Shown in pieces: positions 50,814 through 59,374 of a stretch of DNA of 64,000 bases. The position numbers were made by a program, and so were the translations under genes. Origin of the DNA: an uncultured delta proteobacterium (GTDB taxonomy: Bacteria; Desulfobacterota; Binatia; UBA9968); contig CAVXEP010000016.1 of NCBI GenBank assembly GCA_963760795.1, positions 160,395 to 224,394 of the forward strand, written 5' to 3'. Each line of letters starts with the position of its first letter. Positions within the stretch are counted from its first letter, which is position 1. Under the pieces are notes generated by a model, which made no database searches, had not been told where the DNA came from, and saw only the letters and a program-made list of their open reading frames with translations.

Positions 50814-51770
50814 CTAATGCAGATGATCCTTATCGTCGCTGGCGTCGGGGCGCCGGGCTTGCTTCTCAGCTAGATAACTCTTGAGTTCCTGGTGCGCCTT
50901 GCGGATGTCGGCTTCGTACTTCATCAGCGCCGACATGGTCTGCTCGACCAGTTCGTTGTCGAGGTCTTTGATATTGAGCAATGTCAAAGCGCGCACCCAG
51001 TCGAGGCTCTCGCTGATGCTCGGTGTCTTCTTTAAATCGAGCTTGCGCAGACGGTGCAGCAAGCGCACCACTTCGTCGGCGAGCTTGTCGCCGACATTGG
51101 GCACTTTGAGCTTGATGATCTCTTTCTCGCGCTCAGGATCGGGGAAGTCAAGAAACAAATGCAGACAGCGGCGCTTGAGCGCGTCGGACACTTCCCGGCT
51201 GTTGTTGCTGGTCAGCACCACCAGCGGAATATGCTTGGCCTTGAGCGTGCCGATCTCCGGCACGGTGATTTGAAAGTCGCTCAGAACTTCGAGCAAAAAA
51301 GCCTCGAACTCGGCGTCCGACTTATCGATCTCGTCGATCAACAACACCACCGGTTTTTCCGACAAGACCGCGCGCAGCAACGGCCGCGGCAGGAGAAAAC
51401 GATCGGAGTAAAACACCCCGTCCTGATTGGCGACATGATCGACCGCTTCCTGAAGCGTCTTGGCGCCCTCAAGGATCTCGCCGATCTTGTCTTTCAAGAT
51501 TTGGGTGTAAAGCAGCTGCTTAGCGTACTCCCATTCGTACAGCGCTTTAGCCTCGTCGAGCCCTTCGTAGCACTGCAACCGGATCAGCTCCATGCCCAGC
51601 GAGTCCGCCAGCACCTTGCCCAGTTCGGTCTTCCCTACCCCCGCCGGTCCCTCGACCAACAGCGGCTTTTGCAGCGACGTGCCCAGGTAGACCACGGTAG
51701 CGACGTTCTTGTTGCACAGATACTTCTGCGTAGCCAGCCCGGCGATCACTTCGTCAACAGATTGAAACAT
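50814..51770 (-). CDS. MoxR-family AAA+ ATPase (CoxD-like)
   Basis: EGPAGVGKTEL, RLQCYEGLD, LLIDEIDK, SDALKRRC. Confidence 0.9.
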   Translation of the reverse strand: MFQSVDEVIAGLATQKYLCNKNVATVVYLGTSLQKPLLVEGPAGVGKTELGKVLADSLGMELIRLQCYEGLDEAKALYEWEYAKQLLYTQILKDKIGEILEGAKTLQEAVDHVANQDGVFYSDRFLLPRPLLRAVLSEKPVVLLIDEIDKSDAEFEAFLLEVLSDFQITVPEIGTLKAKHIPLVVLTSNNSREVSDALKRRCLHLFLDFPDPEREKEIIKLKVPNVGDKLADEVVRLLHRLRKLDLKKTPSISESLDWVRALTLLNIKDLDNELVEQTMSALMKYEADIRKAHQELKSYLAEKQARRPDASDDKDHLH

Positions 51771-51882
51771 GGTTGCCCTTTCCGAATTTATCGAAGCTAA
51801 CACAAACAATATTCAACAACAATCAAGGCTTAGAGCGAGTTTGAAAAGTTTTCGCCTGCCGCAAAAAAGCCCAGTTGGTTGG

Positions 51883-51964
51883 CACCACGAAGGGCACGAA
51901 AGACACGAAAGTTGCGGATGATCACCACTCGGTACTTCGTGCTCTTGGTGTCCATCGTGGTGAA
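51883..51964. repeat. CACCACGAAG/CTTCGTGGTG inverted element
   Basis: CACCACGAAGGGCACGAAAGACACGAAAG...CTTCGTGCTCTTGGTGTCCATCGTGGTGAA. Confidence 0.72.
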
Positions 51965-52016
51965 TGAATGGGTCGAAGTTTGCACAAGCGCTGACCATTC
52001 GGTAAATCATTGAATC

Positions 52017-52793
52017 GTGTGCACCTTGGCGCTTTATCTAAATGTTTTTGCCGATTTTCCGCTGCTGGTGGCGGCCAATCGCGACGAGCACTTCGACCGG
52101 CCATCGGCGCCGCCGGCCGAGATAGCCGGCGATCCGCGTATCGTTGCCGGGCGCGATCTGCGCGTTGGCGGCACCTGGTTGGGGGTCAACGACCATGGCT
52201 TGTTGGTCGGTATCTTGAACCGGCGCCAAAACGACAATGGTAACAACGAGCCGACGCCGACAACTACCCGTTCACGCGGTCTTTTGTGCATGGACCTGCT
52301 GCAAAGGAAAAGCGTCGCCGAGGGCGTGGAGTTTATCGATGGCCACCACGCCGCTTACAACCCTTTCACGATCGTTTTTGCCGACCGGCAAACGGCCTGG
52401 GTGGCTTACAACAATCATGACAGCAAGATCGTCAGCAAACCCCTCGATCTTGGCCTCCATGTTTTCAGCAGCGCGGCGGAGCTCGATTTGAACTCCGCCA
52501 AGGCCGATCGCGCCCATCCGCGCTTCGCTCAATTGAAAGATCGCCTACCGACGGGCCGCGCCGAGCCAGCGACTTGGCTGAGTGATCTGCGTGCCGTTCT
52601 CGCCGATCACACGTTGCGTGACGGTTCCAACGATCCCGGCGACGCGATTTGCGTGCACCGCGAGAGTACTGGAACGGTGTCGTCGAGCGTGGTTGCTATG
52701 GTCGCGGCGCGCTCGCGCTTCGATACTTTTTTCTGTCCCGGCCCGCCTTGTCAAAACAGTTTTACCGGCCCGCTGAGTTTAGCGATCCGATGA
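52017..52793 (+). CDS. NRDE/TANGO2 family protein
   Basis: MCT start, AANRDE, GRDLRVGGTWLGVN, RSRG, GTVSSS. Confidence 0.9.
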   Translation: MCTLALYLNVFADFPLLVAANRDEHFDRPSAPPAEIAGDPRIVAGRDLRVGGTWLGVNDHGLLVGILNRRQNDNGNNEPTPTTTRSRGLLCMDLLQRKSVAEGVEFIDGHHAAYNPFTIVFADRQTAWVAYNNHDSKIVSKPLDLGLHVFSSAAELDLNSAKADRAHPRFAQLKDRLPTGRAEPATWLSDLRAVLADHTLRDGSNDPGDAICVHRESTGTVSSSVVAMVAARSRFDTFFCPGPPCQNSFTGPLSLAIR

Positions 52794-53509
52794 GCGAGCC
52801 GGGCAAACCCAAACACGCCGCCACCGTGATCCTCCTGCGTCCGGCCGGGCCCCGCGGCTTCGAAGTATTTCTCACCCGCCGGCCCGACGCCATGCCATTT
52901 TTGGGCGGCATGTACTGCTATCCCGGCGGCACCGTGAGCAAGGAAGATTGCCGCGCGGCGACGATCGCCCGGACGTTGGGCCGGACGCCCAAACAGGCGC
53001 GCCAGATCATCGGCGCCGCTTTCACGCCGGAACAAGCCATCGGCCTGTGGATCGCCGCTGCGCGCGAGCTCTTCGAGGAAGTCGGCGTGCTCCTCGCCGC
53101 CGAACAGTCCGGCGCGAAACTCTCCACGACCCCAGAACGCGCCGCGCGCTTGGCCGCGCGCCATGGCGAGCTGACAAATCAAGCCCTCAGCTTCACTGCA
53201 CTGTTGGAAAGAGAACAGCTTTACTGCGATCTCGGTAGCTTGAGCCATTTCTCCTACTGGCAGACACCGCCGCAGTTTGCCATGCGCTTCGACACGCGCT
53301 TTTTCCTCGCCGCTCTGCCGCCGGGACAGACGCCGCTGGCCACTTCCTATGAAGTCGCCCACAGCGTCTGGCTCACCCCCGACCGTGCCATGCAGCTGTT
53401 CAATCGCGGCGAGCTACCGATGATCTTCCCGACCTTCGCGTCGCTGCGCACGTTAGCCGACTTCGACACGTTGGAAAGTGTCCTGCAGGAGTTCGGCTTG
53501 GAAAAATAG
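52790..53509 (+). CDS. NUDIX hydrolase (NUDT19-like)
   Basis: AATVILLR, YPGG, AARELFEEVG, WQTP...RFDTRFF, MIFPT. Confidence 0.85.
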   Translation: MSEPGKPKHAATVILLRPAGPRGFEVFLTRRPDAMPFLGGMYCYPGGTVSKEDCRAATIARTLGRTPKQARQIIGAAFTPEQAIGLWIAAARELFEEVGVLLAAEQSGAKLSTTPERAARLAARHGELTNQALSFTALLEREQLYCDLGSLSHFSYWQTPPQFAMRFDTRFFLAALPPGQTPLATSYEVAHSVWLTPDRAMQLFNRGELPMIFPTFASLRTLADFDTLESVLQEFGLEK

Positions 53510-53524
53510 CCGGAGAAGGAGTTT

Positions 53525-53598
53525 CATTACGGAGCGCACAGAGGACACAAAGAAAAATCTTCCAAACCTTCTGTGCACTCTGTGTCCTCTATGGTGAG
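53525..53598. repeat. 9-nt-periodic CACAGAG/CTCTGTG inverted repeat element
   Basis: GCACAGAGGACACAAAG...CTTCTGTGCACTCTGTGTCCTCTATGGTGA. Confidence 0.65.
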
Positions 53599-53663
53599 AT
53601 ATCTGCTCCGATCTTAGTCTCGTTGAATTCACCGACTCGGTCCGTTACGTTGAGTTCTCTCGT

Positions 53664-54989
53664 TTGTCATCCCGCAGGGGATCTTCCGGTATTGAAACTT
53701 CAGTCCAAAGGATTCTTTTGCTGCGTTCACTCCACTATCGGATTGGCGGTCTCTATTTTGGCTGGCGCATGGTCGCCGTCGGCGCGGTGCTGCGCGTGCT
53801 CGGCGGCGGATTATATTTCTACGGCTTCTCGGTCTTCTTTCTGCCGCTGAGCCAGGACCTCGGCCTCAGCCGTGCTTCAACTTCTTTGGTTTTTTCTCTT
53901 GCCCGTGCTCAGGGCGCTTTTGAAGGACCATTCGCCGGCTATTTCATGGACCGCCATGGGCCGCGGCCATTGATGATCCTGGCGATTCTTTGCGCCGGCA
54001 TCGGCCATATGCTGCTCGCCGGCGTCAACAGCTACGTCATGCTGCTGCTGGTCTACCTGGGCGTGGTGTCGCTGGCGTTTCACGCCGGCTTCATGGATGC
54101 GCCGATGTTGATCGCCAACACCTGGTTCATCCGCCAGCGCACCATGGCCATGGCGCTGATCAGCGGCTCCATCGGCATCGGCGGGTTTATCTTCACGCCG
54201 TTCCTGTCGATGGCGGTGCATGCATACGGCTGGCGCCCGGCGGCGTTTGCCTGCGGTATCGCTTTTATTGTCATCGGCCTGCCGTTGGCTCTGCTCGTGC
54301 GTCGCTCGCCGGAGAGTATGGGACTGCAACCTGACGGCGATCCATTGCCGCCCGTAGTGACAAGCGCAAATAGCCCGCAACCGGGCAGCACCGATGAAGC
54401 CGACTTCACCCTGCGCCAAGCCCTGCGCACTTCGGCTTTCTGGTTTATCACCGCAGCCACGGCGATCCGGGTCGTCGTTCTGAGCGCCGTCAACGTTCAC
54501 TTCGTTGCGTTAATGGTCTGGACCGGCATGAGCGAGCAGCGCGCGGCGTTCTTCTTGGCCGCTCAAGCGTTTATGGCACTACCGTCGCATATCTTGTTCG
54601 GCTGGCTCGGCGACAAGGTCGACAAGCCCAAGTTGATGGCCGGCTGCATGCTGTCGGCGCTAGCCTCGATGATTCTCTTGGGCGTGGTGCAAACCGAATG
54701 GGCGATCCTGTTGTTCACCGCTTTGTTCAGCGCGGTGGAGTCGACCTTTCCAGTCAACTGGTCGACGGTGGGAGAATATTTCGGTAGGAAGAATTTCGCC
54801 AAGATCCGCGGCTCGATGGGTTTCGTGTCGAGCTGGGGCAGCGTCATCGGCCCGGTTGCCGCCGGCCTTGTCTACGATCGAACTGAGAGCTACGAATTAT
54901 TGATCTGGTCGTCGGCCGCGCTGTTGCTGGTCGCCAGCGCGCTGTATGCGATGGTGAAAAAACCGTCAGGCGTGAGGGGTAAAGGGTGA
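53664..54989 (+). CDS. MFS transporter (MCT/OFA-like)
   Basis: YFGW, DRHGPR, WFIRQR, PESMGLQPDG, EYFGRKNFA; start uncertain. Confidence 0.87.
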   Translation: MSSRRGSSGIETSVQRILLLRSLHYRIGGLYFGWRMVAVGAVLRVLGGGLYFYGFSVFFLPLSQDLGLSRASTSLVFSLARAQGAFEGPFAGYFMDRHGPRPLMILAILCAGIGHMLLAGVNSYVMLLLVYLGVVSLAFHAGFMDAPMLIANTWFIRQRTMAMALISGSIGIGGFIFTPFLSMAVHAYGWRPAAFACGIAFIVIGLPLALLVRRSPESMGLQPDGDPLPPVVTSANSPQPGSTDEADFTLRQALRTSAFWFITAATAIRVVVLSAVNVHFVALMVWTGMSEQRAAFFLAAQAFMALPSHILFGWLGDKVDKPKLMAGCMLSALASMILLGVVQTEWAILLFTALFSAVESTFPVNWSTVGEYFGRKNFAKIRGSMGFVSSWGSVIGPVAAGLVYDRTESYELLIWSSAALLLVASALYAMVKKPSGVRGKG

Positions 54990-55036
54990 GGCGTCCGGTC
55001 CGAGACGCTTTACCACCTAACCCTTCACCGCTTACG
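54968..55036 (-). repeat. 7-nt-periodic palindromic element (copy 2, inverted)
   Basis: Core GCGTCCGGTCCGAGACGC is the reverse complement of the core in copies 1 and 3. Confidence 0.78.
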
Positions 55037-55040
55037 ATTC

Positions 55041-55964
55041 CTATCTCCACAGCTCCCGATACCTTACGGCCACCACGTCTTCATACTTCACCGGCGCTGT
55101 TAGCTGTCCGACGGATTCTGCGAAGCGGTTCATTTTGGCGATGCGTTCTTCGCTGATTGCCGGATCGTAAAACTCGGCGTCGCGTGTAACCACGTTGGCG
55201 ATCAGTTCGGCAGCGTCTTTGGGGAATTTGCGCAGGCCGACTTGGCGCGCAAGCGAAGGATCGGCGCGTAGCGCGTTCTGCGCTTTGACAATGGCGCGTA
55301 CCGCCGCCGCCATCGCTTCCGGTTCGCGCGCGATGAAATCATCGGTGGTCGCCATACCGGCAAAAGTGCAAAACCGCACCTCCGCCGGATCGTCGCCGCG
55401 GCGCACGTCGACGTGAATTTTTCCTGCGCCGCTACTAGTGGCGCTCTCTCCGCCCATGGCGTTGGCCCAGAAGCCGTCTATTTGATGAGCTTGCAGCGCC
55501 CGCGCGGCGAAGACGCCGAAGGAAACATCGCGCGATTTTGCCCCCGGCAACTCGACAATGTCTATGTCGCGGCCGACTTCCAGACCGCCGCATCTCAACA
55601 AATGCTTCAACACCAGATCGGGACCTTCGGCGGCGGTGATGCGTAGACCCTTGAGTGCGTTCAGATCGCCGCGCTTGGCGGCTAGATTACTTCGAACCAC
55701 GAGCAGCCACGGCGTTCCCTGCGAAAGCGCTACCGCAATCTTGGCGCCCTGCCAATTGGGAAACTCGGTGAGAAGATCGAAAACCGAACCGGCGATCATG
55801 GCGTCGGCGTTGCCCTGGCTTAACGCCTTGGTGGCGCCCAACATGGCGACCAGCTCGATGCGCGCGTCCAGACCCTCGCTCTTGAAATACCCCAACTCAT
55901 CCGCCGCTAGAGCGGGAAAACAAGTGTTGCTGACCAAATCCACGGCTGCGATACGAAACTGCAC
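55041..55964 (-). CDS. NMT1/THI5-like SBP-fold protein without signal peptide
   Basis: LGYFKSEGLD, LKGLRI; GGAGG RBS just before the GTG start, and the sequence begins directly with the first beta strand. Confidence 0.8.
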   Translation of the reverse strand: MQFRIAAVDLVSNTCFPALAADELGYFKSEGLDARIELVAMLGATKALSQGNADAMIAGSVFDLLTEFPNWQGAKIAVALSQGTPWLLVVRSNLAAKRGDLNALKGLRITAAEGPDLVLKHLLRCGGLEVGRDIDIVELPGAKSRDVSFGVFAARALQAHQIDGFWANAMGGESATSSGAGKIHVDVRRGDDPAEVRFCTFAGMATTDDFIAREPEAMAAAVRAIVKAQNALRADPSLARQVGLRKFPKDAAELIANVVTRDAEFYDPAISEERIAKMNRFAESVGQLTAPVKYEDVVAVRYRELWR

Positions 55965-56034
55965 GGGAACCTCCGGGACACAGATTGTGAAGCTCGACTA
56001 TGCGAGATTGAATTGCGCAGGTCAATCTAGCGCT

Positions 56035-56114
56035 GTGAGACGCGTAAGGGGTCAAGGGTAAGGGGTAAAGCGTTTCGGACCGGACGCCTCACGCTTTACC
56101 CTTCACCCCTTACC
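56035..56114 (+). repeat. 7-nt-periodic palindromic element (copy 3)
   Basis: GTAAGGGGTCAAGGGTAAGGGGTAAAGCGTTTCGGACCGGACGCCTCACGCTTTACCCTTCACCCCTTAC. Confidence 0.8.
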
Positions 56115-56156
56115 ATCATTCATGTTATAGCCGAGCTGTTTCATACGGAGATCGTC

Positions 56157-56882
56157 ATGACCACAAACCGCAATATTACTCTCGGCCTCCTCTCTCCGGC
56201 GACGCCGAACAAACCGCACTTTAAACATGTCGATGCGTTATTGCCACCTGGAGTTTCACTGATTCATGAAGGGCTCGGTTTGTTGGGTGACGCCTATCAA
56301 GATCTCGCCGGCAAGGCCGATGTGGTGATCGCCAAGGCGAAAGATTTCGTCGCGCGCAACAAAGTCGACGGTCTGGTGCTGACCGGCGGCTTCATCGGCC
56401 TGTTCAATCCCGGCATCGACGTCAAAGTCAGTGAGGCGATCCAACTGCCGGTGGCGACCGCGGTGTCGTCGGCCATCGCAGCGCTGAATATCTACAAAGC
56501 CAAATCTGTGCTGTTGATGACGCCCTTCGACGCCAAGTCGGATGCAGTGATTAATGATCACTTGAATGGTCTCGGCTTCACCGTCCAGTTGGGCCCGGCC
56601 TTCGAAGGTCGAAAGGCGGGATCGGGTGTCGATCTGACGCCGGACGAGCTGTTCGACCTGGTGGTGAAAACTTATCGCAGCTTTGCGCCGGCGGATGCGA
56701 TCTATTTCCAAGGCGCCACCATGAACCCGTTGCCGATCATTCAAAGACTGGAAAACGAACTGAAAGTGCCGGTCATCGCCAGCAATCCGGCGATGTTCTG
56801 GAGTGTGTTATCGAAACTCGGTGTGAAGGATTCGGTCAAGGGATACGGCCGGTTGTTGGATGACTGGCCGGAACAGTTTTGA
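56157..56882 (+). CDS. Asp/Glu racemase-maleate isomerase-AMDase superfamily protein, cysteine-free (paralogue of 29733)
   Basis: LPVATA, LMTPF, DAIYFQGA, IASNPAMFW, GYGRLL; no Cys. Confidence 0.78.
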   Translation: MTTNRNITLGLLSPATPNKPHFKHVDALLPPGVSLIHEGLGLLGDAYQDLAGKADVVIAKAKDFVARNKVDGLVLTGGFIGLFNPGIDVKVSEAIQLPVATAVSSAIAALNIYKAKSVLLMTPFDAKSDAVINDHLNGLGFTVQLGPAFEGRKAGSGVDLTPDELFDLVVKTYRSFAPADAIYFQGATMNPLPIIQRLENELKVPVIASNPAMFWSVLSKLGVKDSVKGYGRLLDDWPEQF

Positions 56883-56916
56883 TCGCACTAGCATGGATTG
56901 ACATGCATCGACCTCT

Positions 56917-57030
56917 GTCCTGCCGGTGAAAACCGGTAGGGAATCTAGGTGATGGACAACGTCCGTCATACCGTTGAAAAACGGTATCCAGGTGGTGATG
57001 GGTGTGGATTCCGGCCTCCGCCGGAATGAC
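56917..57030 (+). repeat. ~110-bp composite GTCAT-hairpin element (copy 3)
   Basis: Contains GTCCGTCATACCGTTGAAAAACGGTATCCAGG, identical to copy 2. Confidence 0.82.
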
Positions 57031-57052
57031 GGAGAAATCGGGAAACGGAGAA

Positions 57053-58057
57053 ATGCGCAGACTAAGTGCTCTACTTCGACGCGGTATTTTGACGATCGCC
57101 CTGGCCTGGTCGCTCACGGCTACGTCATTCGCCGCCGACAAAATCCGCGTCGGCTTCTCGGCGGTCAGTCTTGCCAACGCGCCGGTGTGGATCGCCGAGG
57201 AGAAAGGCTTCTTCAAGAAATATGACATTGAAACCGAAGCGATCGTTATCGGCGGCGGCGCGACCCGGTCGCTGAGCGCGGTGATTGCCGGCGATTTGCA
57301 ATTCGGCTCCACCGGCGGCGGCGCGGTGGTCAGCGCGGTCTTTAGCGGCGCGGACATCGCCATGGTCGCCGCCGGCAACAATAAAGGTATCCAACGTCTG
57401 ATGGTCAAAGCGGACGTCACGTTGCCGACGGCTTTGAAGGGCAAAAGAATCGGCATCACCGCCCTGGGATCTTCCAGCCACCTGGCACTAATGCTGATGC
57501 TGCGCAAATGGAATATGGCGTCGGAAGATGTCCAGATCCTCCCGGTCGGTCAATCGCCGGTGATGCTCATCAGTTTGCAAAAAGGCGGCATCGACGCCGC
57601 GGTGCTGCAAGACCCGACATTTTTCATGGCCGAAGACATTGGGTTTAAGACTCTCGGCGATCCGGTGGCCATGGACATTCAATATTTGCAGAACGTCTTG
57701 GTCGCCTTGCGAGGTTACGTAAAAACCCACCGCGACTTGGCGAGCCGCTTTATGAAAGGTTTCGTCGAGGGCGTCGCCCACTTCAAACGCAACAAAGAAG
57801 ACAGCCTGAAAATCCTCATGAAGAAGATGCGCATCGAGAAAGGCAAAGAGACATATTTGGAGCGCTCCTACGGTCTTTATGCCACGCAATATATCGAGTC
57901 CGCCCCCTACCCTTCCGTGGTCGGCACCAGGACCGTGCTCGAATTCATGGCCAAAGACTTCCCCAAAGCCAAGACCGCCGATCCCAATTCGTTCATCGAC
58001 AACAGTTTAATCAAACCACTCGAGGACAGCGGGTTTATTAGAGGGCTGTATCCGTAA
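57053..58057 (+). CDS. ABC-type substrate-binding protein (paralogue of 30438)
   Basis: Signal peptide, WIAEEKGFFKKY, NNKGIQRL, LEDSGFIRGLY. Confidence 0.87.
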   Translation: MRRLSALLRRGILTIALAWSLTATSFAADKIRVGFSAVSLANAPVWIAEEKGFFKKYDIETEAIVIGGGATRSLSAVIAGDLQFGSTGGGAVVSAVFSGADIAMVAAGNNKGIQRLMVKADVTLPTALKGKRIGITALGSSSHLALMLMLRKWNMASEDVQILPVGQSPVMLISLQKGGIDAAVLQDPTFFMAEDIGFKTLGDPVAMDIQYLQNVLVALRGYVKTHRDLASRFMKGFVEGVAHFKRNKEDSLKILMKKMRIEKGKETYLERSYGLYATQYIESAPYPSVVGTRTVLEFMAKDFPKAKTADPNSFIDNSLIKPLEDSGFIRGLYP

Positions 58058-58080
58058 CAGATATCGGAATTACCAGCCCC

Positions 58081-58161
58081 GTCATGCCGGTGAAGACCGG
58101 CATCCATCTTCGCATTCGCTGGACCAGAATCAGCCTGGATTCCGGCCTACGCCGGAATGAC
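58081..58161. repeat. inverted pair of GTCAT hairpins (REPIN-like)
   Basis: GTCATGCCGGTGAAGACCGGCATCCA ... TGGATTCCGGCCTACGCCGGAATGAC between convergent genes. Confidence 0.85.
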
Positions 58162-58223
58162 GGAAATAGAAATTAATCCGCTGGCGAGAAGTTTTTGATT
58201 CCCGACTTTGAGTCGATAGCTGT

Positions 58224-59333
58224 TCACTGGGCTTGCGCGCCATTCAGTCCAAACATCCGCATCGCGTTGCCGCCCAAAACCTTTTCCTTGTCGGTTGCCG
58301 ATAAAGACTTCATCTGCTTGATCACGTCGACGGTGCGCGGCCAGGTGGCGACGGCGTCGCCGTGGTCGAAATCGCTGCCAATAATAATATTGTGGTTGGG
58401 CCAGCCGTTGACGGTGTCGGCGATGTAGGTTTCCCAGGAAACGCAGGCGATGAAGAACTGATCGAAGTACTGGCTGGGCATTTTTTTGATGGCATTTTTG
58501 CCTTCGAAAAACTGTTGGACAGAAACGGAAACCCGATCGTCATTCGGCATATGGGCGTCGAGTGTGTGCATGAGCCAAGGCACCCAACCGATACCGCCTT
58601 CGAAGAAACCGAACTTTAACGTCGGGAAACGATCGAGCACGCCGCCGAAGATCAATCGCGACGCGCTGACCATGTAAGTGAGCGGAAAGCCCAGGGCTGT
58701 GGGAAAATGTTGATAGCCTTGAAAGCGCTCGCTGCCGACCAGCCACGGGTGGCTGTGTTGGGCTTCGTACACACGCGCCGCTGGATGGAGCAGAATGGGA
58801 ATATTCAAATCGGCGATTTCTTCGTAAAGCGGATAGAGCACTTCACTATCCAAGTCGCCGTCGCCCCAGCCGCCGTTGAACTTCACCGCTTTCAGACCAA
58901 GCTCCTTCACTGCGCGGCGCAGTTCTTTCACGGATTCCTTGATGTCCGGCAAATAAATCCAGGCGCAGCCGATGAAACGATCGTCGCCCTGAATGTCCTC
59001 GGCCACCGTGTCGTTGTAGGCTCGCGCTAGCTGGCGCCCGAGTTCGGCATCGCACTCGTAGATCAGCGGCCGGTTGTCGGGAATCAAGACCTGCTTGTCG
59101 AAACCGTCTTTTTTCATGAACTCGGCGCGCAGCGCAATGCTCCAGCGCCCTTCTTTGAAGGAGTGAACTTTCTTGCCGTCGCGGTAATAGGTCGCCACCT
59201 TGCCCGGCACCACTTCGCCGTAGCGCACCATGTCGCCCTTGTCCTCGACCACTTCGAGATGGCCCTTGCCGGGGTGTTTCACCTTGTCGATAAAGCGCAG
59301 CGGCCAATAGTGGGTATCGCCGTCGATGTACAT
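58224..59333 (-). CDS. amidohydrolase-2 family protein
   Basis: IDGDTH, ARAYND, LLHP, GVLDRFPTLK, FEGGIGW, GSDFDH. Confidence 0.88.
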   Translation of the reverse strand: MYIDGDTHYWPLRFIDKVKHPGKGHLEVVEDKGDMVRYGEVVPGKVATYYRDGKKVHSFKEGRWSIALRAEFMKKDGFDKQVLIPDNRPLIYECDAELGRQLARAYNDTVAEDIQGDDRFIGCAWIYLPDIKESVKELRRAVKELGLKAVKFNGGWGDGDLDSEVLYPLYEEIADLNIPILLHPAARVYEAQHSHPWLVGSERFQGYQHFPTALGFPLTYMVSASRLIFGGVLDRFPTLKFGFFEGGIGWVPWLMHTLDAHMPNDDRVSVSVQQFFEGKNAIKKMPSQYFDQFFIACVSWETYIADTVNGWPNHNIIIGSDFDHGDAVATWPRTVDVIKQMKSLSATDKEKVLGGNAMRMFGLNGAQAQ

Positions 59334-59374
59334 GGAACCTCCTTCACGCACCTGATTGCAGCCATCCCCGGCCT

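Noticed and set aside
49379-51770. Aerobic CO dehydrogenase (cox) cluster
   Set aside because: Only CoxD/CoxE-like chaperones are present; no coxMSL structural genes are in the window.
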